DNA of 64,000 bases, from assembly GCA_963826115.1 (NCBI GenBank), contig CAWGVS010000002.1, positions 1-64,000 of the forward strand, written 5' to 3'. The notes beneath the pieces were generated by a model. The model did no database searches. It was not told where the DNA came from and worked only from the letters and a program-made list of their open reading frames with translations. Shown in pieces: positions 48,678 to 60,074 of this stretch (position 1 is its first letter; each line of letters opens with the position of its first letter). This DNA is from an uncultured Candidatus Rokubacteria bacterium. Its GTDB lineage: Bacteria > Methylomirabilota > Methylomirabilia > Rokubacteriales > DASRDR01. The position numbers and the translations under genes were made by a program.

Positions 48678-50015
48678 TCACGCGACGCGGCGGTCCCGAG
48701 CGCGAAGTCGTTCGAGCCGCCGCGCCACTGCGTCGACATCGCGCACCGGGACCATCTGCTCGATCTCCCTGCCGAACAACAGATCCAGCGTCCAGGCGAC
48801 TAACACCCGGAGTTTCTTCGGCAGCCGCGGCAGCTTCAGCCAATACACGGTTCGCCAGAGCCCCCAGGCGACGAAGCCGGAGAACTTCAATCCGAACACC
48901 ATCGCCACGCCGGTGTGGCGTCCGATGGTAGCCAGCTGCCCTTGCGTGGTATAGGCGAATGGTCTGAGAGGACGACCCAGAATCGTTGCTTCGATGTTCC
49001 TGGCCGCCGTGCGTCCCTCGCGCAGCGCGTGTTGCGCCGTCGGCGGATGCACATCGCCCGTCGTGCCATGGGGCACCGCCGCGGAGTCGCCCGCCGCCCA
49101 CAGCCCCGGCAATCCGCGGATCCTGAGGAATTCATCGACCATGAGCCGCCCTTTCACCTTCTGACACGGCAACCGATCGATGACTGGACTGGGCTTCACG
49201 CCGGCAGTCCACAGCAGCGTTTCGGCGGGAATGGCGGCACCGTTGCTCAATTCGACCACCGAACCGTCGTACCGCTCGACGCGCGCGCCCGTCATGACTT
49301 CCACCTTGCGCTCGGCCAACTTGCGCTGGGCATACGCGCCGAGTTCTTCGCCCAGTTCTGGTAGCAGCGATCTCCCCGGATGCACGATGACGACGCGGAT
49401 CAAGGCCTCGTCCAGCTCAGGATAGTGTCGCACTGCCTCGCGCACGAAGTCGTTCAACGCGCCGATGGCTTCAACACCGGCGAACCCGCCACCAGCGGCG
49501 ACAAACGTGAGCAGCCGCCGCCGAGTAGACGGGTCGTTCTGGATCGTCGCTTCTTCCAGAAGGCCCAGCACGCGCTCGCGCAACAGCGCCGCGTCGGTCA
49601 GGCTCTTGATCGTCACGGCCCAGTCCCCCACCCCGGGAAGGTCGAAGAAGTTCGTCTCGGACCCCAGCGTGAGGACCAGATGGTCGAACTCGAAATCGAG
49701 CTCGCGTCCCGCCAGGCCGCCGATGCAATGCACGACGCGGGCCTCCACATCGATGCGCTGCACATCGGCTTCGACGAATCTGACGTGACGAAGAATGCGT
49801 CGGATCGGATTGATGATGTCGCCGGGGTAGAGATCACCCGCCGCGACTTCGTGCAACATCGGGGTAAACAGCACGAAGTTCTCGCGGCTGATGAGTGTCA
49901 CCTCCATGTCGGCCCGGCGCGCGAGTCGTTTCTCGAAATACACGGCCGCGCTGAGTCCCGCGAAGCCGCCGCCAGCAATCACGATCTTCGTCTTCTTCAT
50001 GGTCATCGTCCTCAT
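48678..50015 (-). CDS. ndh: Type II NADH dehydrogenase-like FAD-dependent oxidoreductase
   Basis: IVIAGGGFAG, FTPMLHEVAAG, GGGFAGVE, WTAGV, AGD, PPTAQHA, GQLATIG. Confidence 0.9.
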   Translation of the reverse strand: MRTMTMKKTKIVIAGGGFAGLSAAVYFEKRLARRADMEVTLISRENFVLFTPMLHEVAAGDLYPGDIINPIRRILRHVRFVEADVQRIDVEARVVHCIGGLAGRELDFEFDHLVLTLGSETNFFDLPGVGDWAVTIKSLTDAALLRERVLGLLEEATIQNDPSTRRRLLTFVAAGGGFAGVEAIGALNDFVREAVRHYPELDEALIRVVIVHPGRSLLPELGEELGAYAQRKLAERKVEVMTGARVERYDGSVVELSNGAAIPAETLLWTAGVKPSPVIDRLPCQKVKGRLMVDEFLRIRGLPGLWAAGDSAAVPHGTTGDVHPPTAQHALREGRTAARNIEATILGRPLRPFAYTTQGQLATIGRHTGVAMVFGLKFSGFVAWGLWRTVYWLKLPRLPKKLRVLVAWTLDLLFGREIEQMVPVRDVDAVARRLERLRARDRRVA

Positions 50016-50017
50016 GC

Positions 50018-50250
50018 TCACGACCCTGACGGGCCGCTCCACTCGGTGTCGCTGAGGCTCCAACCGCCGCCGAGCGCCTTGTACAGGCGCACGTACGTGA
50101 GGAGCCGACCGTGCCGGATCTGCGCCAACGTGGTCTGCGCCGGACAAAGCCGGGCCTGGCTCAGCTGCGACTCCGCCAGCCGGAGCTTCGCGTCGGCCTG
50201 GTCGACGGCCGTCTGGAAGGGGCGCGAATCGACCAGGAACAGGAGCAGCG
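50018..50250 (-). pseudogene. Fused remnants of efflux periplasmic adaptor and outer-membrane factor genes
   Basis: LLFLVDSRPFQTAVDQA (HlyD-like) joined to VRLYKALGGGW (OMF C-terminus). Confidence 0.65.
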
Positions 50251-50636
50251 AGCGGCGATCCGTCACCATGAATTCGTCCTCCGTCCCCGGTGCCTCGGGC
50301 TCCTGTTCAATCTCCGACCGCTGCCGTCGGCAGCTTCGAACGCGGGGTACCGGGTGCACGGCGCGGGCCAAGCGCACGTGCACGTCGCAGGGCCGGCCGA
50401 GAGCGCGAAAGAGTCGCCGACGCACGCCGCGGTGTGCGGATTCACACATCTCATGTGCGGACCTGCACCAAAGTGCCTTCCACCCGGACCCTCAGCTTGG
50501 TGTGATCCTTGCCTCGCCCAAGGCAGCCGCGCGCCGGCCTTGCCAGCGTGCTGTGTGGGGCTTGGCGCCAGATCTCGTGCGTCCGCCGGCCAATGGGTTG
50601 GATGTCGGCGGAGCACGCGCGGACCGAGGAGGACCT

Positions 50637-50876
50637 ATGAGTCAGACGGATGTGGAACGCACGCTGGGTCGCTTGCTGACGGACGCCGCGTTCCGGCAGG
50701 GTTTCTTTCAGGACCCGGACCGGGCGTGTCTCCTTCTTGGAGTCCGGTTGGCGCCGCACGAGCTCGAGGCGCTGCTTCGCGTGCCACGCCGACGATTGGG
50801 GAACTTATCGGAAAAGCTCGACGACCGGATCTGTCGGCTCCATATCGAGCACGCCGACGATCGCCGAGCCCGGTGA
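50637..50876 (+). CDS. NHLP-clan (Os1348-like) small protein
   Basis: MSQ.DVERTLGRLLTDAAFR..F..DP...L...EL.AL; RBS GAGGA. Confidence 0.75.
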   Translation: MSQTDVERTLGRLLTDAAFRQGFFQDPDRACLLLGVRLAPHELEALLRVPRRRLGNLSEKLDDRICRLHIEHADDRRAR

Positions 50877-51003
50877 CCCCCCGCGGCGGTCGAAAGGCAT
50901 CAGCAAGACGCTCGGAACGATCTCAGTGCCCAATCCACGCCCGCTGATCCCACGGGGGTCGTGAACATGGTTGAGAACGCCCCGCGAACGCTCGCCGCAC
51001 CGG

Positions 51004-51020
51004 TTGGCACGGCCCACGCA
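51004..51020 (+). promoter_or_regulatory. Putative sigma54 -24/-12 promoter
   Basis: TTGGCACGGCCCACGCA: GG-N10-GC upstream of the cNMP-binding gene. Confidence 0.55.
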
Positions 51021-51073
51021 TCCACGTCGTCAGACTGCCTGCGGGCAAGGACCCGCGGGCTGGGGGGTCATCA

Positions 51074-51682
51074 GTGAAGACGAACTTGACGCTCGCTGGC
51101 CTGAAGGAACTCCTGCTGCCGCGACGGCCGAACAGCGGCTCAGCAGCTATGACGGCGGTCCGGGCACGCGCGCTGGTCCTACCGCCGGAAAGCGCCATGA
51201 CAGGACGCGGCCCGAGCCTCGTGGAGTTCCTGCGGCAGGTCAGCCTCTTCGAGGACCTCGGTCGCCGGGATCTCGGGCGCCTCGCCCGGATCCTCCACGA
51301 GCGTCACTACGCCGATGGCGAGTACATCTGCGAGGAAGGCCGGCCCGGCGCGGCGCTGTTCGTCGTGCGGCGAGGGGTGGTCGAGGTCGTGCGGCGTGCC
51401 GGCGCCCCGGAGGTTCCCCTCGCCTTGCTCGAGCCGCCGGCCTCCTTCGAGGAATCCGCGGCGCTCGGGACCGGGGTGATTCGCTGGTTCTCCGTCCGGG
51501 CGCGTGGCCCGGTCTCGTTGCTGGCCCTCGGCAAGGCCGACCTCGATGCGTTGACCGCGAATTACCCGGTGCTCGCGAACAAGGTCCTCATCAGGCTGGC
51601 CGGCATCATGGCCATGCGACTGCAGATACTCATCGATGCTGAGACTGTCAAGACCGATGAGCCTGACGAGGGCAAGCCGTGA
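51074..51682 (+). CDS. Cyclic nucleotide-binding domain protein
   Basis: SLFEDL, YICEEGRPG.ALFVVRRGVVEV, R..SVRA. Confidence 0.8.
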   Translation: MKTNLTLAGLKELLLPRRPNSGSAAMTAVRARALVLPPESAMTGRGPSLVEFLRQVSLFEDLGRRDLGRLARILHERHYADGEYICEEGRPGAALFVVRRGVVEVVRRAGAPEVPLALLEPPASFEESAALGTGVIRWFSVRARGPVSLLALGKADLDALTANYPVLANKVLIRLAGIMAMRLQILIDAETVKTDEPDEGKP

Positions 51683-52975
51683 CTCGCAGCGCACGCCCAA
51701 AGCCGGTGGGCGTCGTCATCAAGTGCGTCTTCATGGCGGCGGCGTTCGTGCTGACGGCCTATCTGGTCTGGGGACTGCGCAGCTTGATCGTGCCGGCAGC
51801 CGTGGGCGGTCTCCTCGCGTACATTTGTCGGCCCGTCGTCGCTCGCCTCGAGCGCGGGTGGATACCCCGCGGCCTGGCGGTCGGGCTACTGCTCGTCATG
51901 TTGGCCGTGGCCGGGCTCGTCGCCGCCAATAGCCTCCGCGCCGCCATGCCGAGCGAGACCGATGCGCTGGACCTGCGGGTTCGCGCGCTGCACGCCCTGC
52001 ACGATCGCTACCGGGCGCTGATGGGACGCGGGCCCTCGGGGACGGGAGGCAATTCCCTCTACCGGCTGGCGCACCGCGATCTCGACCCGTTGGTGGATCG
52101 CGTCAGTGAACTTCCTGGCCTTGACAGCCGAGGAACGGGCGCTGTTCCTCGCGTCACACGCGCGGGACGCCGACGCGACACCAGGTCGATCGACGCGCCT
52201 GCTCGAGTACGAGCGAGCCAATGCACTGGGGCTCGAGATGCCCGGCCGCCGAACGGGGCAGGGTGACCCGGGCCCGACGGCGTCCGCCGACGCCCGGCAG
52301 AGCCCCCCGCCGACCGCCGGGGCGCCGGGCGGGGCGGCCGAGCTCGGCCACATCCTGTCGAGCTGGATGATCATGCCCCTGATCTTTCTGTTCCTCCTGC
52401 GCGATACTGGGGACATCAAACGCGGCCTGCTCAGCGCCGTGCCGAATCGGCTCTTCGAGCCCGCGCTCGCCGTGCTGGCCGATGTCGACGAGATGCTGGG
52501 CGGGTACGTGCGCGGCATCTTCCTCGAATGCTGTGCGCTGGGACTGACCGTCATGGTGCTGCTCACCCTCGTCGGCGTCCCGCTCAGGTGGGCGATCGGG
52601 ATCGGGATCTTTACGGGCGCCACCAACGTGATTCCGTACATGGGCTTCGCCGCGGCATTGCTGGGTGGCCTCGGCTATGCGCTGCTGACCGAGGAGCGCC
52701 ATCCGCTGCTGCCGTTCGTGACGGCGGATACCTTCGTCCTCTGGGTCGTCGTGGCCGTGGCCGTCGCGGAGTTGCTGAAGAACATCGTCTACGAGCCCAT
52801 CGTGCTTGGCGGAGCCGTCCACCTTCATCCGCTCGTGGTAGTGATCGGGGTCGTGGGTGGCGGCATCCTGTTCGGCCCCGCCGGGATGTTCCTGGCGATT
52901 CCGACGATCACGGTCGTCAAGGTCGTCGTCGCCAGCACGGCCAGAAACCTCAAAGCGTACGGGGTGATCTCCTGA
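51679..52975 (+). CDS. AI-2E (PerM) family transporter (frameshift near 52110)
   Basis: LAYICRPVV..LER, FLFLLRD, GGYVRG, NVIPYMG, P.VLG.AVHLHPL, GMFLAIP. Confidence 0.85.
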
Positions 52976-53222
52976 CGCAAACCCCCGCCTCGCGCGGATC
53001 CGGCAGCACCGTCTGAGCGCCAGGGCGACACCTATCCAAGGTCTTCCCGTGTCGGTCGTCGCCGACGACCGAGGGATGCTCGGCGGCCTCACCCGATCGA
53101 CCCAGGCGACACTCGTGCCGACCACGGAAGCTCGACGGGTCGGGGTGACGCGGCAACACGGTGGGACAGCTCTTCCCGGACGAACACCACGGCACACGCG
53201 AGTGCGTGGTGCCCAGTCGCGG

Positions 53223-55343
53223 CTAACCGCGGGGCACTTCGATGCCGTGACGTCTCAGGCGGCTGTAGAGCTGAAAGCGGGTGAGTCCGAGGAGCGCGGC
53301 CGCGCGCGACTTGTGGCCTTGCGTGCGCTCCAGCGCATCGATGATGGCCTTGCGTTCGAGCTCCTCCAGGGCCCCGGAGCCAGCGGCTGGCGGCGCCGGT
53401 TCGGGGTGCTGCGGCAGGGTCATCCGTTCCGCGGGGGAGTGAATGGCGAGGTGGGCGGCGGTGACAAGGGTCCCCTCGCACGTGATCAGGCCGCGCTCGA
53501 TGGCGTTCTGCAGCTCGCGGATGTTGCCGGGCCACGGGTGCCGCTGCAGCACCTCGCGGGCGTCGCGACTCAGGGCGACGTCTCCTTTCCCCATCCGGGT
53601 CGCCAGGGTCCGGACGAAATAGTCGGCGACGAGGAGTACGTCGTCCCCGCGGTCCCGCAGCGGGGGCAGGTGCACGTTGAAGACGGCCAGGCGGTAGAAG
53701 AGGTCGCTGCGGAACCGCCCGGCGGCCATCTCGGCCATCAGATCGCGATTGGTCGCCGCGATCAGGCGGACATCGGCCTTGAGCGTCGCCGTGCCGCCGA
53801 CCCGCTGGTACTCCCGCTCCTGGAGGACGCGGAGGAGCTTCACCTGCACGGCGGCCGAGAGCTCGCCGATCTCGTCGAGGAAGAGCGTCCCGCCCGCCGC
53901 CAGCTCGAAGCGCCCGGGCTTCTGGCGGTCCGCGCCGGTGAAGGCGCCCCGCTCGTGACCGAACAGCTCGGACTCGAGGAGGGTGTCGGGAAGGGCCGCG
54001 CAGTTGACCGCGACGAAGGCGCCGTCGGCGCGGGGGCTGGCATGGTGGATGGCCCGGGCGACCAGCTCCTTCCCCGTCCCGCTCTCCCCGGTGAGCAGCA
54101 CGGTGGCCTCGGTCCGCGCCACCTGGGCGGCCCGGGTGAGCGTGTCGCGCAGAATGGCGGACCGGCCCATGATCTGGTTGAACCCGTACCGCTGGTGCAG
54201 CTCGCTCTGGGCGCTCTTGAGACTCCGCTCGAGCCCCCGGGCGCGGCGCTCGACGGAGGCCAGCCGGCGCTGCTCCTCGGCCAGCCGCTGGTGCTGGATA
54301 CCGATGACCACCCGGTCGGCGACGACCGTGGCCACCTCGATGTCCACGTCGTCGTACCAGTGAGGCTTGCGCTTGCCGAAGAAGAGCGCGCCCCCGACCT
54401 CGTCGCCGAAGTGCATCGACACCCAGAGGCACGAATGCAGGCCCACGGCCAGCAGGGCGCGATCGCCCGCGTAGCGTGGATCGAGTTCGGTCGCGGTCTC
54501 GCCGACGAGGACCGGGCGGCCCGCCCGGACCCTGTCGGAGACAGAGTAGTCCTTGGTGGAGAGCCGGTCGACGCTGGGATCGGGCGGCTCGCCCACGGTT
54601 CCGAACAGCTCGAATTCCGGGCTGTCGGGCTTAAAGAGGATCACTCCCATGGCATCGAAGTCGAGCGCAGGCCGGATGGCCTCCCCGAGGGACGCGAGGA
54701 TCTCGCGAACGTGCAGCGTGGTCCCCAGGATCTGTGTGATGCTCTTCAGCAGCTCGACGCGGTGCCGGCGCCGCCGCTCCCGGTAGAGCAGGGCGATGGT
54801 CTCGATGAAGGGGCCGATCAGGCGCCCGACGCCGCGCAACCGCTCGACGGGAACGGGGCCGTAGACCTCCACGACGCGACTCGCCGCGCTCAGCGCGCCA
54901 ATCACTCGGTCGCCACTGAGAAGCGGCACGCAGACCGCCGACGGCAGTCCAGCCGCCCGCAAATCGTCCCGGTGGCGAGCGAAACGCGGATCGGCCAAGA
55001 GGGCCGAGGGGGGGACCATATCGCCGTCGAACACGGCGGCGAGAGCCGAGTCGGCGACGGGGAAACACGCCGGGCGGTCCAGGTCCGTGGTGTAGCGGTC
55101 CGTCGGCGGCAAGAACCCCGAGCCGCCGTGTTCGGCGAACACCGAGAACGTCCGGCCGTCGGCGGCAAGGTACCCGATGCCCAGACGATCGTGGGGGACG
55201 AGCGGGCGGAGGGCGGTCGAAAGGTCGTCCAGGAAGGCCCGCGGCTGAAACTCCGCTTGAAGCGCCCGCGCGACGGCCGCGAGGCAGACGAGAAGATCTG
55301 ACTCCAGTGGCGGCGGTCCGGTGCCTGGCATGGCGGCATCCAT
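53223..55343 (-). CDS. Sigma54-dependent transcriptional activator (GAF-GAF-AAA-Fis HTH)
   Basis: [59 protein letters not shown]. Confidence 0.95.
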   Translation of the reverse strand: MDAAMPGTGPPPLESDLLVCLAAVARALQAEFQPRAFLDDLSTALRPLVPHDRLGIGYLAADGRTFSVFAEHGGSGFLPPTDRYTTDLDRPACFPVADSALAAVFDGDMVPPSALLADPRFARHRDDLRAAGLPSAVCVPLLSGDRVIGALSAASRVVEVYGPVPVERLRGVGRLIGPFIETIALLYRERRRRHRVELLKSITQILGTTLHVREILASLGEAIRPALDFDAMGVILFKPDSPEFELFGTVGEPPDPSVDRLSTKDYSVSDRVRAGRPVLVGETATELDPRYAGDRALLAVGLHSCLWVSMHFGDEVGGALFFGKRKPHWYDDVDIEVATVVADRVVIGIQHQRLAEEQRRLASVERRARGLERSLKSAQSELHQRYGFNQIMGRSAILRDTLTRAAQVARTEATVLLTGESGTGKELVARAIHHASPRADGAFVAVNCAALPDTLLESELFGHERGAFTGADRQKPGRFELAAGGTLFLDEIGELSAAVQVKLLRVLQEREYQRVGGTATLKADVRLIAATNRDLMAEMAAGRFRSDLFYRLAVFNVHLPPLRDRGDDVLLVADYFVRTLATRMGKGDVALSRDAREVLQRHPWPGNIRELQNAIERGLITCEGTLVTAAHLAIHSPAERMTLPQHPEPAPPAAGSGALEELERKAIIDALERTQGHKSRAAALLGLTRFQLYSRLRRHGIEVPRG

Positions 55344-56075
55344 GCGGCTGCTCTGGCGCCATTCTACTCGACGCTCCTGCTGCTCTACGACCCCCGAACT
55401 TACTCGGTTCGACCGCTATCAGCATCACAGGCCGCCGCGCATCTCGCGGCTCGGACCGTGCGTGACCACCGAGTGGACGGAACGTCCGTTCCCCAACTGG
55501 ACTCCGAGCGCGAGACAGGCCCCGGCCGGGTTCAGAAAGACATCCCGCCGGAACCCCGCGTCCGTCGGAGGCGACCGAGCGTCCGTTCCACGTCCCGCTG
55601 ACTCCTGCGTCCCCTCAGCCTTTGCAGCAGGCAAGGATAACGCCCGCCTTGGCGGGGCCGAGGCCGTGAGTTCGGATGCCATTCCGTGCGTCAATGTGTG
55701 AGTCCACACGGCGGTCTGTGCGGAATCGCACAGAGGACCTGTCGCTCGCATCGCCATTCGGGCAGCCAGCTACGGATTTCCTTTTTGCCGTCGCGCGCCT
55801 CTGCCACCATCCGGCGTGCCGTTTGCCTCCGGGTGCCAGTCAGAATCGCGGAGGACGGAGAAGCGATGATGCGAGAGAGTTCATGATCCGAGACGTGAAC
55901 GTAGCGACAGGTGACGTATCCGACAGCGCCACAGAGGCGATCGAGACGGCAGCCCGGTGGGGCGACGGCGCCTCAGCTGGGTCAACGCCGTCCCAAGGAG
56001 ATCCGAGCGGTGCGTCGTCGCCGGGGGATGGGCGTCCGAGTCGAGCACTTGGCCGACGTCGGAGCCCGCATGACG

Positions 56076-56091
56076 TGGCATCCGTCCTGCA
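56076..56091 (+). promoter_or_regulatory. Putative sigma54 -24/-12 promoter
   Basis: TGGCATCCGTCCTGCA: GG-N10-GC, divergent from the sigma54 activator. Confidence 0.6.
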
Positions 56092-56323
56092 CTCACCAGA
56101 AGACTGGAGGATAGATGCCGAGCCCAATCGTGGAAAGGGCGCGCCCTGACGTCCGGCATCTTGGCCGCGGACGTTCCGTGGTCGGAGCAGGGCTTCGACG
56201 AGCGGCACGCCGAGGCCGGTCGCGGCCGAGGGGCTGCAGGGATGACGCGGCCCGGGGACGGGACCCTCCGCTCGACCGGCATGTGCTGCCCGTGACCAAC
56301 GACGACCTTGAAGGGGGAGAGCC

Positions 56324-57124
56324 ATGAACAAGATGATCGTGACCGTGTTCAACGACGAGAGCAGCGCCTACAAGGGCGTCAACGCTCTCAAACAACTTCA
56401 CGCGGAGGGTAGCCTGACACTGTATGCCACCGCGGTCATCGCGAAAGACGCGAAGGGCGTGGTCGGTATCAAGCAAGCGGCTGATCAAGGGCCGCTCGGG
56501 ACTCTTCTCGGATGGGCGACCGGGAGCCTCATCGGGCTGCTCGGCGGCCCGGTCGGTCTGGCCGTTGGAGCCGTGACCGGCACGGCCGCGGGCTCGCTGT
56601 ACGACCTGGCGCAGCTCGGCGTCAGCGAGGATTTCGTGGCTGAAGTCTCGCGGTACCTCTCGCCCGGCAAAGCGGCCGTCATCGCCGAGGTTGACGAGGA
56701 GTGGATCACGCCGCTCGATGCTCGCATGGAGCCGCTGGGCGGGGTCGTGTTCCGCCGGTCGCGCGGGGAGTTCATCGACGCGCAGATCGAGCGAGAGATC
56801 GCAGCCTCCAAGGCGGAGCTCGCCAAGCTGGAGACGGAGTACAGGGAGGCGGGGGCGGAGGCCAAAGCCAAGCTCAAGGCGAAACTCGATGCCGCTCAGA
56901 ACCGTCTCCGGGCGCGGCGCGATCTGCTGAAGGAGAAGGTCGAAGCCATCCAGCGCCAAAACGAAGCCAAGGTCAAGGCGCTGCAGGAGCAAGCAACGCA
57001 GGCGAAGGGTGAGATGAAGGCGCGGCTGGACAAGCGTATCGCTGAGGAGCGAGGCGATCACCAACTGCGGATGGAGAAGCTGAGCAAGGCTTGGCAGCTC
57101 ATCAAAGAGGCGGCGGCACTCTGA
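56324..57124 (+). CDS. DUF1269-like membrane protein with coiled-coil C-terminus
   Basis: AVIAKD..G, glycine zipper GSLIGLLGGPVGLAVGA, EEWITPLD. Confidence 0.8.
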   Translation: MNKMIVTVFNDESSAYKGVNALKQLHAEGSLTLYATAVIAKDAKGVVGIKQAADQGPLGTLLGWATGSLIGLLGGPVGLAVGAVTGTAAGSLYDLAQLGVSEDFVAEVSRYLSPGKAAVIAEVDEEWITPLDARMEPLGGVVFRRSRGEFIDAQIEREIAASKAELAKLETEYREAGAEAKAKLKAKLDAAQNRLRARRDLLKEKVEAIQRQNEAKVKALQEQATQAKGEMKARLDKRIAEERGDHQLRMEKLSKAWQLIKEAAAL

Positions 57125-57231
57125 ACCCACACTCACGACTCTCGACGGTACTCATCCGCTGATTCCATTGGTGTGCTGAGCCAGTGTGCGGTGAGCGGAT
57201 GAGCGCCGCCGAGTCAATGGGAGACACAACC

Positions 57232-57525
57232 ATGAGAGACGGAATACTCGACAAAGTACCGGAGGTCGGTGTCGCGGCGGCTCAGCTTGGAGCGGGGGTC
57301 GAGCGCGTGAAGGACGCGGTCGCGGATGCGCTCGATGACCGAATCAACGCGACGAAACGCGCGGTCAAACAGGGCCGCCGCGCGGTCGAAGACTTGGTCG
57401 ATGACGGCGCGTATCAGGTCAAACGGCATCCCGTGGGCGCGCTCGGCATCTCGTTTGCTATCGGCTTGGGATTGGGAGCGGTGATCGGCACTCTGCTGGC
57501 CCACGACAGAAACGGCGGCAAGTGA
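57232..57525 (+). CDS. DUF883/ElaB-like tail-anchored protein
   Basis: VKRHPVGALGISFAIGLGLG C-terminal anchor. Confidence 0.7.
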   Translation: MRDGILDKVPEVGVAAAQLGAGVERVKDAVADALDDRINATKRAVKQGRRAVEDLVDDGAYQVKRHPVGALGISFAIGLGLGAVIGTLLAHDRNGGK

Positions 57526-57688
57526 GACGACCCAGCGGAGGCAGGCGACGATCGTCTGCCTCCGCGCGTGAACGTAGATCGGATGAAGTGGCTGACCCCC
57601 ACTCAACGTGGTGGCAGATGCTGCCCCACAGCGTAGGACCTGGCGCCGAACGACATTGAGGAACGGCCTGAACGAGAAGGAGAACTCG

Positions 57689-58246
57689 ATGCTCCAGACG
57701 CTGGCACAGAACTGGTGGGCGATCGCGCTGCGGGGACTGTGCTCCGTGCTCTTCGGCGTCAGCGCGTTCGTCTGGCCCGGGATCACGCTGACGGTCCTCG
57801 TCCTCTTCTACGGCGCCTATGCGCTCGCCGACGGAGTGCTTGCGGTGGCATGGGCCGTGATGGGACGGCAACGTGGCGAGTTTCCCTGGGGAGCCTTGCT
57901 GGCTGGGCTGGCGGGCATCGCCATCGGGGTCATCACCTTCGTCTACCCGGGACTCACCACACTGGTGCTCGTGTACCTGATCGCGGCCTGGGCCCTCCTC
58001 CGGGGAGTGTTCGAGATCATCGCGGCCGTCCAGCTCCGGCACGAGCTCGAGAACGAGTGGTTGCTCGGCCTAAGCGGCCTCCTGTCCATGGTCCTCGGGT
58101 TCTTGCTGTTCGTGGCCCCGGGCGCCGGAGCCATGGCGGCGCTGTGGTGGATCGGCGCCTTCGCCATCCTGTTCGGCGTCTTGACGATGATCCTCGGCTT
58201 CCGGTTGAAGGGGCTGCAGGACCGGGTCGCCCGTCGGACAGCATAG
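57689..58246 (+). CDS. HdeD family acid-resistance membrane protein
   Basis: NWW..ALRG, WPGITL, GAYALADG, EWLL.LSG; RBS AAGGAG. Confidence 0.9.
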   Translation: MLQTLAQNWWAIALRGLCSVLFGVSAFVWPGITLTVLVLFYGAYALADGVLAVAWAVMGRQRGEFPWGALLAGLAGIAIGVITFVYPGLTTLVLVYLIAAWALLRGVFEIIAAVQLRHELENEWLLGLSGLLSMVLGFLLFVAPGAGAMAALWWIGAFAILFGVLTMILGFRLKGLQDRVARRTA

Positions 58247-58314
58247 ACAGTAAGCGCCTAACACTTTACTTAGGATTCACCGTCTTTCCCCTCGGCCGCG
58301 CCGACAATTTCCCC

Positions 58315-59268
58315 ATGCATGGCACGCATCCGGCATTGCTCGAACCGAAGCGATCGGCCGTCGTGACGTGCATCCTGAACGACGCGGCGGGATCCGGTCA
58401 CCCGGAACCGGTGCGCCAGCGGCGCCGGGAGGCGGCCGTGGAGCAGCTGACCCGCATCGCCGGCGAGCACGGCGTGCGGACGAAGATCCTCCGGGCCCGC
58501 GACGGCACCGAGCTGCTCTCGTTCGCCACGCAGGCCGTGAGCGACAAGAGCAATCCCGTGGTTGCCGGGGGCGGCGACGGCACGGTGAACGCGGTCGCCT
58601 CCAAGCTCATCGGCACCGGCACGGCGCTGGGCGTGCTCCCGCTCGGCTCGCTGAACCATTTCTCCAAGGACGCCGGCATTCCGCAAGACGTCGAGCAGGC
58701 GGTGACCAATATCTTCACCGGACGCGTGACCGCCGTGGATGTCGGCGAGGTGAACGACCGGATCTTCCTGAATAACTCGAGCCTGGGCACCTATCCCGAG
58801 GTCGTCCGGATGCGCGAAGAGGACCAGCGCCACGGCCACAGCAAATGGGCGGCGCTCGTGCACGCCTGGGTCTCCGCCTTGCGCCACGACGCGCAGCTGC
58901 ACATCCGGCTGCGGGACGGGGGAGAGGAAGCGGTGACCCCGCTGCTCTTCGTGGGCAACAATCGCTACGAGATCGTCGGCCTGAAGGTCGGCTCGCGGTT
59001 GGCGCTCGACGCCGGCCATCTTTGGGTGTGCGCCGCGCCACGCGCGAGCAGGATCGAGCGGGTGCGCATGGGCCTCCGCGCGCTCTTCGGCCGGATCACC
59101 TATCGCGATCTGAACGCCCGCGATGCAACGGAGTTCACAGTCTACGCCCGGGAGCGCAGCCTCGACGTCGCGACCGACGGTGAAGTGACCGCGATGACGC
59201 CACCGCTGTACTATCGCTGCCGGCCCCGCGCCCTTCTGGTCATCGTGCCGAGGGCGAAAGGCGCATGA
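58315..59268 (+). CDS. Diacylglycerol kinase family lipid kinase
   Basis: GGDGTV, PLGSLNHF, FLNNSSLG, TDGE; start uncertain. Confidence 0.9.
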   Translation: MHGTHPALLEPKRSAVVTCILNDAAGSGHPEPVRQRRREAAVEQLTRIAGEHGVRTKILRARDGTELLSFATQAVSDKSNPVVAGGGDGTVNAVASKLIGTGTALGVLPLGSLNHFSKDAGIPQDVEQAVTNIFTGRVTAVDVGEVNDRIFLNNSSLGTYPEVVRMREEDQRHGHSKWAALVHAWVSALRHDAQLHIRLRDGGEEAVTPLLFVGNNRYEIVGLKVGSRLALDAGHLWVCAAPRASRIERVRMGLRALFGRITYRDLNARDATEFTVYARERSLDVATDGEVTAMTPPLYYRCRPRALLVIVPRAKGA

Positions 59269-59891
59269 GCATGGAGCACTGCGGGCGCATCGCCGTCATC
59301 GTTCTCACGTCGATCGCCGCAGCACTCTTCGGCTGGTTGGCGGTCGCGAGACGGTCCGGCGCCACGCTGGAGTTCGATCTTGGGGTCCGCGCTCGCGTCC
59401 ATGACTGGGCCTCGCCGCCGATGACGGTGATCGCGCGCAGCCTCACCGTCCTGGGTTCACCGATCTTCCTCTCGGTGCTCTTCGGGATCGCGATGCTGGT
59501 GTTCTACCGCCTCGAATGGACGCGGCCGGCGATCATCGTGGCAGAGGTGATGGCGGGGGCCATCGTGTGCAACATCGGCCTCAAGTCCCTCATCCAGCGC
59601 GCGCGCCCCGAACCGTTCTTCGGTCTGAATCCGTCGAGCTACAGCTTCCCGAGCGGTCACGCGTTGTACTCACTCTGCTTCTATGGCGTGCTCGCGAGCG
59701 TGCTCGCGACGCACGCGCCGGAGCGGGCCGCGAGGATCGGGATCTGGGGCGCGGCGGCGCTGCTGATCGTGGGGATCGGGCTGTCACGCGTGTATCTCGG
59801 CGTCCACTATCCCTCGGACGTGATCGCCGCCTATCTCAGCGCCGCGTTCGTGATCGGCGCGGTGCTCGCGTTCTCGCCCGGCTGGTCGTAG
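59265..59891 (+). CDS. PAP2 family phosphatase
   Basis: K...R.RP, SFPSGH, SRVYLGVHYPSDV. Confidence 0.93.
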   Translation: MSMEHCGRIAVIVLTSIAAALFGWLAVARRSGATLEFDLGVRARVHDWASPPMTVIARSLTVLGSPIFLSVLFGIAMLVFYRLEWTRPAIIVAEVMAGAIVCNIGLKSLIQRARPEPFFGLNPSSYSFPSGHALYSLCFYGVLASVLATHAPERAARIGIWGAAALLIVGIGLSRVYLGVHYPSDVIAAYLSAAFVIGAVLAFSPGWS

Positions 59892-60074
59892 TCGACCGAC
59901 GGGGCTCCCAGCATCGAGGCACATCGCCATCGGGGCGCGGGCGCCGTTGCGTCGCTCACCGGCCAAGGTTCCATCTCGCGAACGCGTCGGGGATGGCCGA
60001 TTTCCACTATGCCCGAAACTATGCCCGCGACCGCCCCTCACAGGCCCAAACCCAGCCCCCGCCAGCCAAGGGCC

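Noticed and set aside
55350-56320. ncRNA or riboswitch in the long divergent intergenic region
   Set aside because: No recognisable family motif; the length is compatible with sigma54 enhancer spacing or a decayed gene.
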